From the NCBI GenBank assembly GCA_964234715.1, contig OZ174284.1: 64,000 bases of DNA; one strand, written 5' to 3'. The notes beneath the pieces were generated by a model. The model searched no databases, was not told where the DNA came from, and saw only the letters and a list, made by a program, of their open reading frames with translations. The position numbers were made by a program, and so were the translations under genes. Shown here piece by piece: positions 24,523 to 38,800 of this stretch; positions within the stretch are counted from its first letter, which is position 1, and the number at the start of each line of letters is the position of its first letter. This DNA comes from Podarcis melisellensis (Eukaryota).

Positions 24523-27401
24523 TAATCCCTTATTTCACATTGTTGCAAAGTATTTCACTTGTCCTGCTTGAGAAGCAGATTATCAGCAGTTCTGTGGGAA
24601 ATGGACATAGATATAGTAGCTTGTTTCAGAGATGGTATGGTTAAACTGGGCCCCAGCACTTTCACCCCTAGATCACAGGACAGGTCAGGACAAAGGTGAT
24701 CCATGAACTTTGTCCAACTTTTATGTGTAGCCATTCAGTTCTGTTTGTCTACTTCCACTCTAGCAGAAGCACCATGCTGCCATTAAGTAAACAAGTCCCA
24801 GAGCATTTGCAACTATCAGCAATGAGTCAGGAGTCCATCTGCTGCAGTGTTTGACCAGATGACCAGTGCTGTGCCCCATACAGAAATTTCCACCTGGAAA
24901 TGTGACATCACGGGTCACTGTAATGACTGCCTCACTATGTTACCGTGATAGTTGCAATTCCCATATGATAAACTTACACAAGGGGCTGCCACATCGCAGT
25001 GAGTCATTTGTGATTTGGAGTCATCCTAGCAGTGCACTCAAAAAATGTGTTGTTTTGCCCTGGACAATGTCCAATATAGTTCAGTAGTTGCCACTGTTCC
25101 ACTGTAAATGCATTACACCACTATAGGTTGGAAGCAACCATGTATTCCTAAATTTGTGTGTAATTGTTACTGCACCCCGTAATCAGGACAACACTTGAAA
25201 ACTAAAAGCACCCTGAAACTAATAAAGACGAGGGTCATCGTTCATTGACCTTATGGACATATGGAAGGGAAACCCAACTTCACAAGCATCCCTGCCGTTG
25301 CTTCCAGAGACAGATGCAGGCAGAAGCGGCACATCCATTCCAGCCTTTTTCTTCTGCCTGCATCCGTCTCGTGGTTCTTAATCTATCTGAGCTCTGCTCA
25401 CTACCTTTTGCAGAGAGAGATCTGTGTGGCGGGGGGCGCGAGGAGCCACCCCGCCCTTGGCCCTACAGATCCACCCTGTGATGGGTCTTTTTTTTCTCTG
25501 CAAGAAAAAAATCCTGTTTTGGCTTCTTGACTATTCTTGCAGTTGTTTCGTTAGCTTTTTGCCTCTTCCTCGTCCTTATTTGTTTGTTTGTCTTGTTGTT
25601 TCCCTCCTCCCTGCCTCCTTGGTTGAAGTAAAAAAATAAATAAATCCGTGGAGGGGGTACACCCTAATGAAATCTGCTATTCATGCCTGTGTTACTTCTG
25701 TAGTTCCTTTGGTTCCTTTTCAAGGGCAAAGCTTTTCTCTCCCTTTCTAGCTCACCAGCATGCTGTCTACTGCCCATTTGTTTTGAGTTCCTTTGTCTCT
25801 GCAAACACGAGGCTGGACAGAGTTAATTCTGCAAAGCAGGAGCTGCTGTTCAGAATTGAGTAACAAGATGCTGTTATTGTGCATTAAGATTAAGGAATAA
25901 ATGAATCCCGATTACCTGAATGGATCCAGGAAATAAAAAGAGAGCTTTATCGGCTCTTTGCATCTAAGCTGCATTTCATTGTGTCTGGGTAGCATCTGGC
26001 AATAGAGATTTCTTCTTATAGCTGGATAACACATAGTCCATGGTAGAAATGGAGTAACAACAACAGCAACCACCACCACAATAGTGATGATGTTGGTATG
26101 ATAGCACAAATCAATAGGCACAAAAATATATACAAATATATACAAGTGCTGTTTATGGAGCAGAAGACTGTCTGGGGGCCTTGATCCTTCGGTCAGTTTA
26201 GCAACATTTTCTTGGCAAAGCTCTCTATGGAGAGATTAAGAATATAAAATAGCTGCTTCTCAAGACATTGGAAAAATGAAGGATGACTATTGCTAATGGA
26301 TTTCTTATGAGACCCTATCTTAGTTGTCCTGGCTTACTAAAAATAATAATCATAATCCAGCATTAGAATGTACTATTCCAAGTCACTATATTTTACCATT
26401 TTGTTCAGCAGGGATATTAGAATTTTGGCTGTATTAAAGAATTGAAGTTTGTGTTTACTTTTTATTCAGGAAGTTTAGAATACTGCCCCTGCCCACAGAC
26501 ACTGGACTTTGAATAACTCCAGAATATCTGGACAAAACAAATTTCCTATTTCGACATTAGCTTATCAGCTTGGATGGAAAATGAGACCACCTAGAGACCA
26601 CCTGATTCATAAGTATTTATAGCCAAGCCAGGCCAGACAGAACCAATGGACTATCTGAGGTTTGGCTGCACTAGAACCTGAAGTGGATAATGCTGCCCCT
26701 TTCCCCTTTATGAAGATTGCATTTTATTTTGTACCCTCGAATGTTTTCCCATAAGGGGACTAGCCTGAAGACCAGACACCCTGGCTCATCCTGACAGATT
26801 CAGACCTATGGACTGGTTCTGATTGGATTCTGTGTCTTGCTTTGCTTCTAACTCGTTTAAGAAATTATTGAACCTTGCCACTTAAAATATACACCTTTAA
26901 AAACGAAACGAAAAAAAGATATAAGCGCTGGGGGAAATAACATGTCCATTGGCAACACATAAAATTTATGAGAGTGAAAAAAGAGGCGATATGACAAAAT
27001 AATCAGATCAGCTCTTGCTGGGTTAAAATTTAGTTGTCTCCTGTGAGTCCAAGACATTTTGCTGCCAGAGGCGAAGGACAAGACACATCCTTGCCCTATT
27101 CCCTCATGCAGAAGCCAACTAGACCGGGGGCTGCATTTTATTATGGTACTGGCAATGGCATAGTGCTCTCTCCCTCAGGGCGGCAGCCTTTTTGTAGGGG
27201 TGTGGCACAAGCCACATGGCACACATAGAACCAACAGTCACCAGACTCAGAAGGAACAGCTACATCCCAGCATCTGCCACCAGTCATAGAACCCTGCCTA
27301 ATGGTAGGGCTGGCTCTGACAGTGAGACAAGCGGACATATTAAGACCAGTGTCCTCTTTCTGGTGTGGCTGCTAATCCAGGAGTTAATCTCATCACATGT
27401 A

Positions 27402-27601
27402 CAGTTGTACCTTGGTTCCCGAATGTCTTGTGTTCCGGTTTGCAAATGTTTTTGGGAAGCCAAACGTCCGACGTGGCTTCTGCAGCTTCTAATTGAGTGC
27501 AGGAAGCTCCTGCAGCCAATCGGAAGCCGCGCCTTGGTTTTCGAACGTTTTTGGAAGTCGGAACAGCCTTCCGGAACAGATTCTGTTCGAGAACCAAGGT
27601 A
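27402..27601. mobile_element. Tc1/mariner MITE family C
   Basis: TA + CAGTTGTACCTTGGTTC; right end GAACCAAGGTA truncated; inverted homolog at 61425-61647. Confidence 0.8.
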
Positions 27602-30600
27602 GTTGCATTGCGTTGACTTACTTACTAGGCAACTGTGCTTTGGGGCTGCAAGGTTTTGAGTTCTGCTTCCTGTTAACACTAGGATCTGTTCACTAAGGGG
27701 TGTGGGGATTACAGTCGTCCCCCCACAGTCTTTTTTGTTTTTTGGGGGTATTGAACTGAATTGATTACCACTCTTAATTGCTAGTGCAAGGCATATAGCT
27801 TTCACCACAGTTGCACAGAGAGAATGCTATCACTCTTGGCCATCCATGGCTGATATTAATTTTAGTATTATAAAGTCAGGCTTTGGGAGGCTCTGAGCTA
27901 TTTCTGTCTGCATGGTATGCAGCTGATTTGCGTGCCTGCTTTTTATTTTCCTTCCTTCCCATCCATAATTCCCCTATTCTTTGAATTGATTCAGGCTCTG
28001 CTCCATTCCTCATTGGCCATTATTTTCTGTCTCTTCTTGCTCCCCTGTCAGTTCACATTTCCTAATGTCTTTCTTAAGTCCGTTGCTTCATCTTTAGTCA
28101 TTTAATTCCCTCTTGGTTCGCTTGCAAGTGTAACCAAGCCATGTTAGTCGTACATGTTGAAAGCAGTTTTTCCCCCTCACATACCACCAGTGACAAACCA
28201 TCTCTCCCACCTGATAATAATTGCATTTGGATCCGGCTGCCTGAGGTGGACACCCTACCTTGCCTCATGGATGGGCCGGCCCTAGTAGTAGGACAAAGGC
28301 ACAGGCTATTTTTTAAAAATAAGATCATATTTCTGATCAGCTACATGCTCTTGTCTTTCTCCTGTCATGTTGCAAGTTTTCATTTAGCAGTAACACTGAG
28401 GTAATGCTATATATAGCTCTGTGAATTGCCATTTTAGAATAAAAATGTGCATTTTTAGCACAATTAAGTATAAATCAAAAGTGAATGTGGGTCTCCCAGG
28501 TTGCAGTTTGGAGTCAGAGGAGGGTTTCAGGTCTGGACTGGTTGAAGACCACTGGTATAAAGCACCTTCCTATGGGGGCCCCTTGAAATGGGGTAAAATG
28601 GCTGCTGTAGCTTCTTAGTGTAACCTCCTTTCCTCATCCTGTGGTTGCTTGTCCAGCAGTGTTGGGCTGAGAAGGTAGTAGTGTAATGGGGGAAAGGGAG
28701 GTTATTCCAGAGACTTGTGACAATCATGTAGTCTCTGTCATCGCATTGGAAGGGGCCTTATGTGGTCCACAGGGCTCTCCAAGATTTCAGACAACCACTC
28801 AATGCTTTGCTCTCCCCTCACAGAGAATGCATGGTTGCGATCAATACACGATGTACCTGTTCCGTTAATAACTTGCTCTCTGCATCTGTTTTCTGTGATT
28901 TATTTTTAATTTGCGCTTTCGAAAAAGGTATCTGATGCACCTACAGTTGCTACCGCTCACACAGAGAACAGACTTTGCTCTTACGGGTATTTTAAGCGTA
29001 CACAAATTTGACATTAGCCACTGACTGGCACTAGCATATAGGCTGAGTTCAAAGTGAAAGAAAACCATTTGGGTTTGCTCCAAAACCAGCCAACTGGCGA
29101 GCCTTATCATGGGACTGAGGAAGAAACTGACCTAGTGCTATGTGTAAAATGGCTTAATATGTGGAATACGAGTCGGTGTGGAAGATTCTATTTCATGATC
29201 TTTCCCCCCTAAAACAGTTTTATGAAACCCTAGTTGCAGAATATGACCATGTGTGGGAGATACTATTCCATGACTGCCTCCCTGGAACATTTTTTATGAA
29301 CACTCCACTCGTATCTCAGTTGCCGCAGCCAAACTTGGGGTTTGGTCAAGAGTTTTATCCAATGTACATATAGAAGTGGATCTGCTTTTCATCCTGTCCT
29401 GTCTTATTTGAAAGCCTGTATCTCCTAACCGATGTTTATTTTAATTGAAACTTTCAGCATACATATGGGATTTGGGAGTGTGTGGATTATTATTTATTTT
29501 ATCCGTACATCGATAAGTGAAAAACGTGTTGTAGGTATTCAGGCAGACTTGCCTTTGGATTTATGAAGCCCTTGGAAATGTACTGTATGTGATTTTCAGA
29601 AAGGCTGTGTCTTTTGCTCAGCAACAATGCTTTCTCATTCTAGGAAGCTGACAAAATACCGAAGTCTCTTAATACTGCTTTTGAAAAGGCATCAGAGGTG
29701 GATTCTCTAGCCTGACAGAGACAGTTTGGCATTCCTCCTCTAAGGAGGATAAAAATAATACTGTATAGGAATTCACAAACCATTCTTATCAGAGCAAATG
29801 CTGTTTTAGTCCACAGTTTCTGCAACTCTGCATGTCACTTCCTTTAAAAACAACAAATGTTCTTACCAAGAGGGCTGCCAGTTTTGAAATAGTGTCTTTG
29901 TTTCTGCAAACTAGTCGTTTACAGAACTTTCTGTCTTCTTTCCTTTTAGCACTGACTTTTACACTGATAAATGTCACCAGGCCTCATCTGAAGCACAATT
30001 CTAGCCTATTAGGTCATGCCATCGCTCTATAGCTGGTAGACCCATTGGGTACTTACTGGGGCCTGGTACCCTGAAACACTGTGCTAATGTTTGGCATCTG
30101 GAAGGTACCATTTCACTTTTTCAGTGTCCCTAAGAAAGCCTTGCTATGGAGCACTGTGGGCAATTAAAATGGCAACGCAAGCTGTCAGGCCCTGGTGCAG
30201 CACTGCTGCCTTCCTGTAACCCTAGTGGGGCCCATTAAAGTAGAGGGTGCCCCAACTCACTGCACACTTTGTCAATGGCTCTCTCAGATCTGGTGCTGCA
30301 CATTGCAGAGGGAGATTGGGAGCAGCAGCCAAGCATGCTTGCCTGACATTACTGACCTTCTTGTTGGAGAACCCTTCTCTGGAAACCTTCCAGAGAAACC
30401 CAGGGCTTTCTAGAACATTGTGAAAACCACTGCTCTAAAATGTTAAGCTATCCGTCTCACTTCTAAAATGGAGAGATGCTTGTTCCACAGACGATGGGGA
30501 CAACAGAATACATATCTCCCCATCGTGATATCCCCATTCAGCTATGACATGCAAGTCACTCACACCTCATTTCTTGCTGCTTCTGGAGAACTTCCAAAGC

Positions 30601-31226
30601 AGCACCAAATCAGTTGTGAACAACACACATTTTCAGCCTCTCACCAGCTGTTACATAGGGATGATCTAATACAGGTGTTTATATATTCTTACTGGCTTTA
30701 TACTTTGGAAAAAATAAACGATACTGGCTTGCTCCAATTTCTTGCCAAGCTTTGTTTGGTTTTTTACTGGCAGTGAATACCCAGGGTCTCTGGGCTTCAG
30801 CTACTTCCAGTCTTTTAATGGAGATTTACTGAACCTGGAGTCTTATACACATGCAAATCATGGACTTAGGCCATCTCCTAGGTTAAGACTGTAAAATGTT
30901 TTCAAACTGAAATTAAGCAAACTGAAAAACAGAAGGAAGTCATATTTCTTACCACCCATCTAGTTGTACTTATTTTAGAAGTCTGTAAACAGTAGGAAAA
31001 TGCTGTGTTAGGAGCAATAAGCTTAAATAGGATGCAAAGTGTTCCTTCATTGTTATTAACTGGAATGATCATAACATTTCTTTTCACATCTATCTGTTCA
31101 AGTTGATTTGAATGGTGAAGAAGGAGCAATCATCTCACCCTTCTCACTTACTATTTATTTTAGTGCATTTTATTAAAGGCTCCTTCTGTTTCCTTCTGTT
31201 TGAAATGAATAGTTCCAGTCCATTAA

Positions 31227-31270
31227 TACACACACACACACACACACACACACACCACTCACACACACAC
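31227..31270. repeat. (CA)n microsatellite
   Basis: Directly visible, with one interruption. Confidence 0.9.
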
Positions 31271-31280
31271 TAGCAGAAGA

Positions 31281-31520
31281 AGATGGCCCATCTAGTCCAT
31301 CATCCTATTCCTGATGATAGCCTATGAGAAGCCTGCAAGCAAGACCAGAGTGCAAGAGCATTCTCTTCTCTTGTGCTTTCCAGCAACAGGTATTCAAGAG
31401 TGCCTCCACTGATAGCCCTATCCTCCATGAATTTGTCTAATCTTCTTTGAAAGCCCTCCAAGCTGGTGGTCATCAAGGCCTCCTGTGAGAGCGAATTCCA
31501 TACTTTGCTCTTTGTCTTTC
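31281..31520 (-). mobile_element. CR1 LINE 3' end (ORF2 C-terminus and UTR)
   Basis: VWNSLSQEALMTTSLEGFQRRLDKFMEDRAI is a typical CR1 ORF2 terminus. Confidence 0.85.
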
Positions 31521-34500
31521 TTTTGTCTACCCTGAATCCTCCAACACACTTTCTACATCTCTTACTATGCTTGCTGTGTATTTCCAAACCACCTTTGTTT
31601 CACCCAGAAGAATAAGCTTGCCAAAATGCAGAAAAGGAGAGCTTGTGACTTTTAGAGCTTCACTGTGTGAAAAGCTGTAATTCTTACAAATGTCTAATGC
31701 GAGAGCAGTGGCATTGAGTTTAAGCTGCTTCTCTTTGTTGTGTGTGGAATACTGATGGAGACTTCCATGGAAATAGGAATATTTGAATGGATTTTGAAAT
31801 GCTCTGATTATGTGGATTCATTAAGCCGTGGACTCGAGTTCACATGCCATTTTTGTGTGTGCATGGGCTTTCCTTACATGTAGGCAGCTTCTATCAGGTG
31901 AGCCTCTTCCACTTACATTCTCAAGTGGTACAGTCCATAAACAGATTTATCCATCATCTGCTGTTTGTGAAAACTAGGCAAGTGGTCCAAGGCCACTGAG
32001 TCAGTCCGGGCACTGCTCCCTAGATCACAGAAGTGTCGTACAATTTGCTCTCTTCATGAGAGACGTAATAGTAGATAAGATTCCTTTGGTTCGCTCAGGA
32101 CAGACAGGAATACACTCCTGAGGAAGTTGTAGATGGGAGACGGAAGATCTTGCACAAATAACCTATTGCTAAAGTCATCAGTGCTGAATCCATGTCCAAA
32201 ACATCCTTTCTAGTATTTAAGAGGTCGGTAGACATATTCATCTCCTGGGCAAAAATATGAAACATTCCTGTTCCTTTTGTTCTGAAAACAATAGGCCTCA
32301 AATACAAAGCACAGGCCCACATTCATGCAAAAGTCACCTGCTCTGTACGCAGAGACGCAGTGCTGTGTTTCGTACAGATTAGAATGCTTCTTCAAAGCAG
32401 CTGAGTTAATCGGTGTTATGTTTGATATGCCAGGAGGTTCCAAGGAACTAGCATTTGGAAAGGAAGGCCAGTTCTCAATGGGCAGAAGGGGTGGACATTG
32501 CCTTCTGTTAGATGCAGACTGGGTGGGAGTTTTTGTTAGCTCTTAAAGTTTGTGCCACCCAAACGTGGCCAAGATAAAAACCTTGGAACAGATAGCGAGT
32601 TGTGACGCCAATTGCCTGCTTGTGCTATTTGTTATAGGGTCAATTTTTAAGGAAGAGTGCAATGTAGATTGTAAGGGCATTTTCAAAGACAATGCAGAAA
32701 TCAGTGTTTGAATTTATGGGTTTCTTGGATGAGGTCACAGTTGTTGGCATTGTTGAATTCATGTGGAACTATTTTGCACGTTCCTGATTTCACGTCCCAG
32801 TTCTTAAGAAGAACATAGTGTGTACAATGTATGCAGATGGGGTGTGCATGAAGGGGTGAGATTGCAGTTGGAAACCCTGGCATATACCATCTGTTTGGTC
32901 GATATACATGTACAAATTGTACATGTAGGAATCGTATAAATGGGCCTAGTGAACTTGTGGAGATGGAGGACTTGCCACTGCTGTCCAACTCCCCTCTATG
33001 TATCGTCATAGTACGGAGGATTTTCCCTTGAAGAGCACTTACTGTTTTGATTAGAAGAGGCTGTGCACCCCAGGAAATCGAAACTCAGATTTTTATATTC
33101 AGCAGTGGCACGAATGTTAAAGACTGGGTGTGCTTAAAAAGAACAGCAAGAGGTGTGTCAGTGGAATAATTAGAATCAAATGCATAACATGGTGCAAGAT
33201 CCTTTAATTTCACTCTAATAACTAGATAAATAGGGACTTTCATCTAGGCAAGTTTCATGACTCTGTAACTATGCTGCCATATGTACAGCCATGTTGGTAA
33301 GAACAACCAGGCTACATTATTGGGGCACCATCCTTTCCAGTGTTGGGTGCAGGGTCTACGTATGTAAGGATGACCAGAGGGCATGACGGAGCATTGATTG
33401 CCCTCTACACCCCACGGGGACATGGAAAGCCTGTGTCCTGGGCTTTGCTGCTTGGTGAAGGAACTCAACCTCAGGTTTAATGTATAGATCTGAGCAACTT
33501 GTAGGCATAGCAGGTTGCATGCTGAAGGGCAAAGTAAGACATTAATCCAACAACCTACATGGCCCCTGCCTTGTGGGATGGGCACAACTCTTAACATAGC
33601 AAATGGGAAGTGTTCCTGCTCTAGGCAAGCCAGTAGGTCCTTTTGTGAGTGGGTGGGGCCTGTGAGGATTTTTCGTGTCAGTGCTGGCATCTCTGGGTCC
33701 TCTATGATGGAGGTACCTGCTCAGTATCTGACTTAGAAGCTTCCCTCAGGGGAACCTCCTTACTGAAAGGCATGACAGGCATGGGGCTGTCTAGAGATGT
33801 CTGACTAGAGATGTTTGAATTCTTAGAGGTGGGACAAACCCACTTGAATGTTCCACAGGATCCAGCCTCTGCGCTCTTGGTCACTGGTGTCCCCTGCCAG
33901 CTCCAGCATGTTTTCAAGCCCTGATTTTGCCGCCTACCTCATGCTGGGGCTGATATTATTGCATCCCACTTGCAACAAATTAATCATGACTTAGCTCCAT
34001 TGGTTTCAATGGGAAGCAAGTTCAACTCACTTAGTCGGGATCCAAGCAATTGTGGTTGGATTTTTGAAGCATAGGGTGTGACATCTCCCCCCTCCTTCAT
34101 GCCACACAGATTTATTTATCTGTTTGTATAGATGACGTGAAGCATCTTTTGCACCCATAATGGAACCGGCGAGAGTTCTGTCCTTCTCTTGTTTGGTTCA
34201 CTTTATTTTTGCTCTGAGGGAAACCTGTATATTTGTATGGTCAGCATCTTGTTTACGATCTTCTGTTTACCAGAAACTTGGAGGCCCACCTGCTTATTTA
34301 CTGGTTATGTTTTTATCCAGCCCTTCCTCCAGGGAGCTTAGAGCGGGGTGTATGTTGTTATCTCCCAGCTCATTGTATCCTCACAACAGCACTTATGAAG
34401 TTGGTTAGGCTGAGAGAGAGAGAGAAACTTTACTCAGGGTCGCCCAGCTTCATGGCTGAGCGAGGATTTGAATATGAAACTTCTAGGGCCAGCCCAATAA

Positions 34501-34544
34501 TTTTTCCCACCAAAAGAGAAGTGGTAATAATCAAAGGTGCATAG

Positions 34545-34979
34545 TGTCAGGGAACCGCCATCGGAGCCAGAGGCGGAGGGAAGGCTCCAGAGCGATGCTG
34601 GAGAGGGTCCCAGCAGGGAGAGAGGCAGCCCATCTGCTGGGGAAGGAAATCAGCGTAACACCAGGGGTGAAGAGGGGCAGATGGGGGAATCGGAGAGGAG
34701 GCTCCAGGACTCTTCACCGGAGACCAGTGGGGAGAGCACGGGTACTCCGCTGCCCACACCCTCCCTGCGCAGAAGACTTCTGAGCAGGGAGAGTAGGAGG
34801 AGACTTGGTGTCAAAGAACTTCTTTGCTGGAAGAAGTTCAAGAAATGCCCACTGACGAATTCTGCCAGCGACTGAGACAGCCACGAAGTGAAAAGCTGTC
34901 CAGACAGAAAGGGTTCAACCAGGTAACCTAGCCAGGAGTGGCGGCAACTTACGCACGAGCAACCCCTAAAACCATTACA
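34545..34979. mobile_element. Solo-LTR-like element (435 bp)
   Basis: TG...CA termini (TGTCA...TTACA); perfect 5-bp TSD CATAG at 34540-44 and 34980-84; purine-rich with CpGs retained. Confidence 0.8.
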
Positions 34980-36314
34980 CATAGTATCCAAATTATTAGG
35001 GCACCCAATGTAGAAAACCTCACAATTGCCTCTCCAAGGGTGTCCGTGTTTCCTACTTTACAGACCACAATCTATCTGAAGGGCAGTCGGAAGCAATCCA
35101 ATTGATTATTTGAAATGGGCTTCTGTTTGAAGGACTGTGTGGTCCAAGTCTGGTTTAGAGGTAAATAACCCTAGGGAGGGTAGGAGGGACATTGAAACAC
35201 TGGGCAGGCACACATGCCACTGTCTTTCCCACAATGATTATATAACTTCTATTATTTTAACTGTTTCTAAATAGGCACCTATACATATAAATTGGCATTT
35301 GGAAATTTTGTGCAAATCTGGTGTCTTCTTTTCTCTCTTTTTTTGTGGGGGGAGGGGTTTTCCCCTCTGGCTTCTTCCTGAAATGTAGCTAAAATGCAGT
35401 AATAAAAAATAGCAATTGATTTGCTACCTTTTCATGACACTAAAAGGCAGCTTGCCTCAGGCACCTGCTTCACGCTGCCTAATGGTAGGGTTGGGACCTA
35501 GGGGCTTCCCAGTGCTAGTTCAACACTCTAGCTAGGAAGCCATGCTAACTTGGTCCCAGCAAAATGAAGGAAAGAGCTCATTGACAGGAAAGCTGACCTT
35601 TTCAGCCCAGCCTGCTGCTGATATGAGTTTCCAGTGACACCTACAAAATAAAGTGCTGAATGTCACGCAACAGCCTTGCTATAAACAAAACACTTATAAA
35701 AACGCTATGAATGTTAACTGACTCAGAGACTCAGTCATGGAATTATATAAATTTGTTCCTACACCTTTGTCCTGGCAAAAGTGCTTGAGAATAAATGTGT
35801 GAGGATCAGACAGTTACTTATACATTTGTTTTGATTTCCTGCCTGACCCATTCTGAAAACGCTTCTAACCTGTGCTTTTTTGTGGTGGAAGGGGTGAGGC
35901 ACTGGCATTCATATGTTGATAAAAATGCTGTGGGTGACAGCACAAAATGACTGCCATGGGGGGTGCTGGTACTCCTTACTGGTACTCTGTTTCTGAATTA
36001 AGACAACACCAAATATAACTTAAAAGCTAGCCCATCCATAATATGATTAAGTTCCACCTTTAGTGCACCCCCAAGAAGATGAAATGCTTCTTATAGGGCA
36101 GTCACCAAGTAAACCTCCTTTGTAAACCTTTCATGAACAGCTTTCAGTCTTGCAAGATTATTTTTACTTAATCCTTGAGGACCACAAACCAGAGCCAGAT
36201 GTAAAATAATGGCTATGGGGCAGAGCCTGGTACAAAATGGTAGTGCAGGGGGCAGAGACAATGGCCTGTTTTCACCTGTGAACGGTGCGCTAGGAAACCC
36301 TTCATACGCAAGTA

Positions 36315-36531
36315 CAGTGGTACCTCAGGTTAAGTACTTAATTCGTTCCAGAGGTCCGTACTTAACTTGAAACTGTTCTTAACCTGAAGCACCACTTTAG
36401 CTAATGGGGCCCTCTGCTGCTGCCACGCCGCTGGAGCACAATTTCTGTTCTCATCCTGAAGCACTATTTCTGGGTTAGCGGAGTCTGTAACCCGAAGCAT
36501 ATGTAAGCGTATGTAACCCGAGGTACCACTG
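36315..36531. mobile_element. Tc1/mariner MITE family A, orientation B
   Basis: TIRs and TA TSD; same orientation as the 2033 copy. Confidence 0.92.
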
Positions 36532-38649
36532 TACACACCTACATCTCGGTTACCCCAGATCAGAAATCCTAACAGCCTAATTTAGGAGAGGAGAAAGCTT
36601 TTGTGTTATTGCTATTGCTACAGAATCCACTGAGAATTTACTTCATTCTGCTGGCAGAGCCCAATCTGCTTTGTGCTCACTTCTGCTGTAATCAATAAGA
36701 CACTCCCCCTTTGACCTGGATGCTCATGGTAAAATGTATGAAGAGTATATACGAGATCAAGGCCAAGGGTTTAAACTAAGCTATTTAGAGATAAAGAAGA
36801 TTTTCCATTTCATCATGGAAAGGGCCTTTGCAGTCCAAGATTATGGAAACAGGGTATCTCTGTCTGTTCCTCTTCAAGGCTGGCCCAATATATTTTGCTG
36901 CCTGAAGCAAAGGACAAAATGTTTCGTTTCCCCTGTTCAACTAGCAGCTGAATTTCACTTCAGCACTAACACCCATTTTCCTCTGCACCTGAGAGCAGCA
37001 GTGGACACACCTTCCTAGCACACGTAAGAGTCCTTTAGCACCTCTGCTCCTCTGGCCCCAACATCTGCCTGCTGTTGTGTTTACAACCTGAAGTCTTCTG
37101 TGTGGTACAACCTGTTGGGATTGCCCCAAGCCCACTGGTGTGGTGGGGCTGACGATTAAAGCAATTGTAAGAAAGGTTTGGGGTTCTGTGGCAAGAATTT
37201 GCAATGTGAGAAGACACAGGGGGAGCTAGCAGTACAGTGTATATGCTCCTCAAAGCCTCTGCTGACACATCTCTTATGGAAAATAGAACTTACTTTCCCT
37301 CGGGATGAATTCCCAGTGGGGCGTATGGGCATCAGCTGGTGCAGTTCGTACAAATCTGTCCCATGTACTAATTAATTCTCCAAACACCCTTGTGTGACAA
37401 AGAGCTATTATAAGAATCCATTTTTCTTCTTCTTCTGAAGCTGGAAAACGTACTCATAAAAGTTGAGCAATGGGATGAAGTCACATACAAAATCAGTGCA
37501 AACTGAGGCTCAGGCTAGAGACCAATGTTCTGGATAGCCTGCTGTCTTGAGGCGCGATCAGCAGATTGTGACTAAGTTACTTGGGACCTGCCTCATTCTT
37601 TTTTGAAAGATAAGAATTCAATAGAAAGCGTACAATTCAATATATTCACCTTTCTATGTAATATGGCGGTGAGGCTCCTTGAAAGTAAAGAATTCACCCC
37701 TCTTGTTTGTGTAGCACCATTTTCATTAAATGCAAAAGCAACTCCTTGCTTGGGGTTAACAGAGAAGTGGTGAAAGTGATATAATTGTGGTAAATAAGTA
37801 ACTACATTTGAACTTAACATGATTTCCAGAAACTGCTTCATCCCTGTTTTATAACCACAGTCCCAAGAAAGAGGCATTGAGTTGTTTCTGTACTTGTCTG
37901 ATGGTTAGTATCAAAAGGGAGGTGATTCACACAGCAAGTTTATTCTCAATTTATGGCTGGCTTTGAAAACGAGGAAGTAGAGTGGGAAGATGTTCATGAA
38001 ATACATCACAGACTTGTAAGATCTGGTGGCCAGCAAAATCAAAGAAAATAATAACTTTGCTTCAGTGCAGAAATAAACGAATCACAACGGTGTCAAAACC
38101 CATACTCAAATAAGTGTGTGTGGAGGGAAAGCCACAAACTCATTCATAATTGAACTTCAGTTTTGCAGTGCTCGAACCACATATGGCTCAAACAATTTCA
38201 TTTTAATTGTGTGATTTGGTTGAATCGTGTATTGATTATGGTTATGGAGGAACAAGTGCAAATGACATGCTTCAAGTTACCTTTCTTTCTCTCCCAAATG
38301 GCCAAAGGGGGTCTCTCATATCTCTTCCATATCCAAATCTCAAAGGAGATACAAGTGTTTGTTATGTGGTGACAGCATATGCAGCCACCTTACTATGTGG
38401 GAAGAGTGAAGGGCTGCATCTAGGATTTTATGGGGAATTGTAGTAACAGGGACTGTGAGATAATTGCATTTCCTGTCCCCCATCTCTGTCTACCTGCCCT
38501 CGCATTAAAACACCTCTGCTTATATAGTTTATTTACACAGTATTGCAAGCTGTTCTCCTTTCTTCTACTTTTATTTAATCTGTCTATTGATCTGTTCCAT
38601 TCCTCAGCACTCCAACCCCCCCTCCATTTCTCTTTTCCCTCCCTCCCAG

Positions 38650-38800
38650 TTTTCTTCTGCTGCTGATTGCATTTGTGAAAAGTACACGAACATCTTACAC
38701 TCGCTTAGGAAGCAACTCCTGCAGAAGCTGTTGGGTGTTCGCTTTCATGGAACCAGAACCAGGGATCTCCGCCAGTTAGCTAGTTTGCAACACATAGCAA
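38650..38800 (+). other. Candidate alternative upstream exon of HIPK2
   Basis: Polypyrimidine tract plus AG at 38648-49; open frame ILHSLRKQLLQKLLGVRFHGTRTRDLRQLASLQHIA (38692-38799); phase-1 GT at 38801 compatible with the exon 2 acceptor. Confidence 0.4.
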
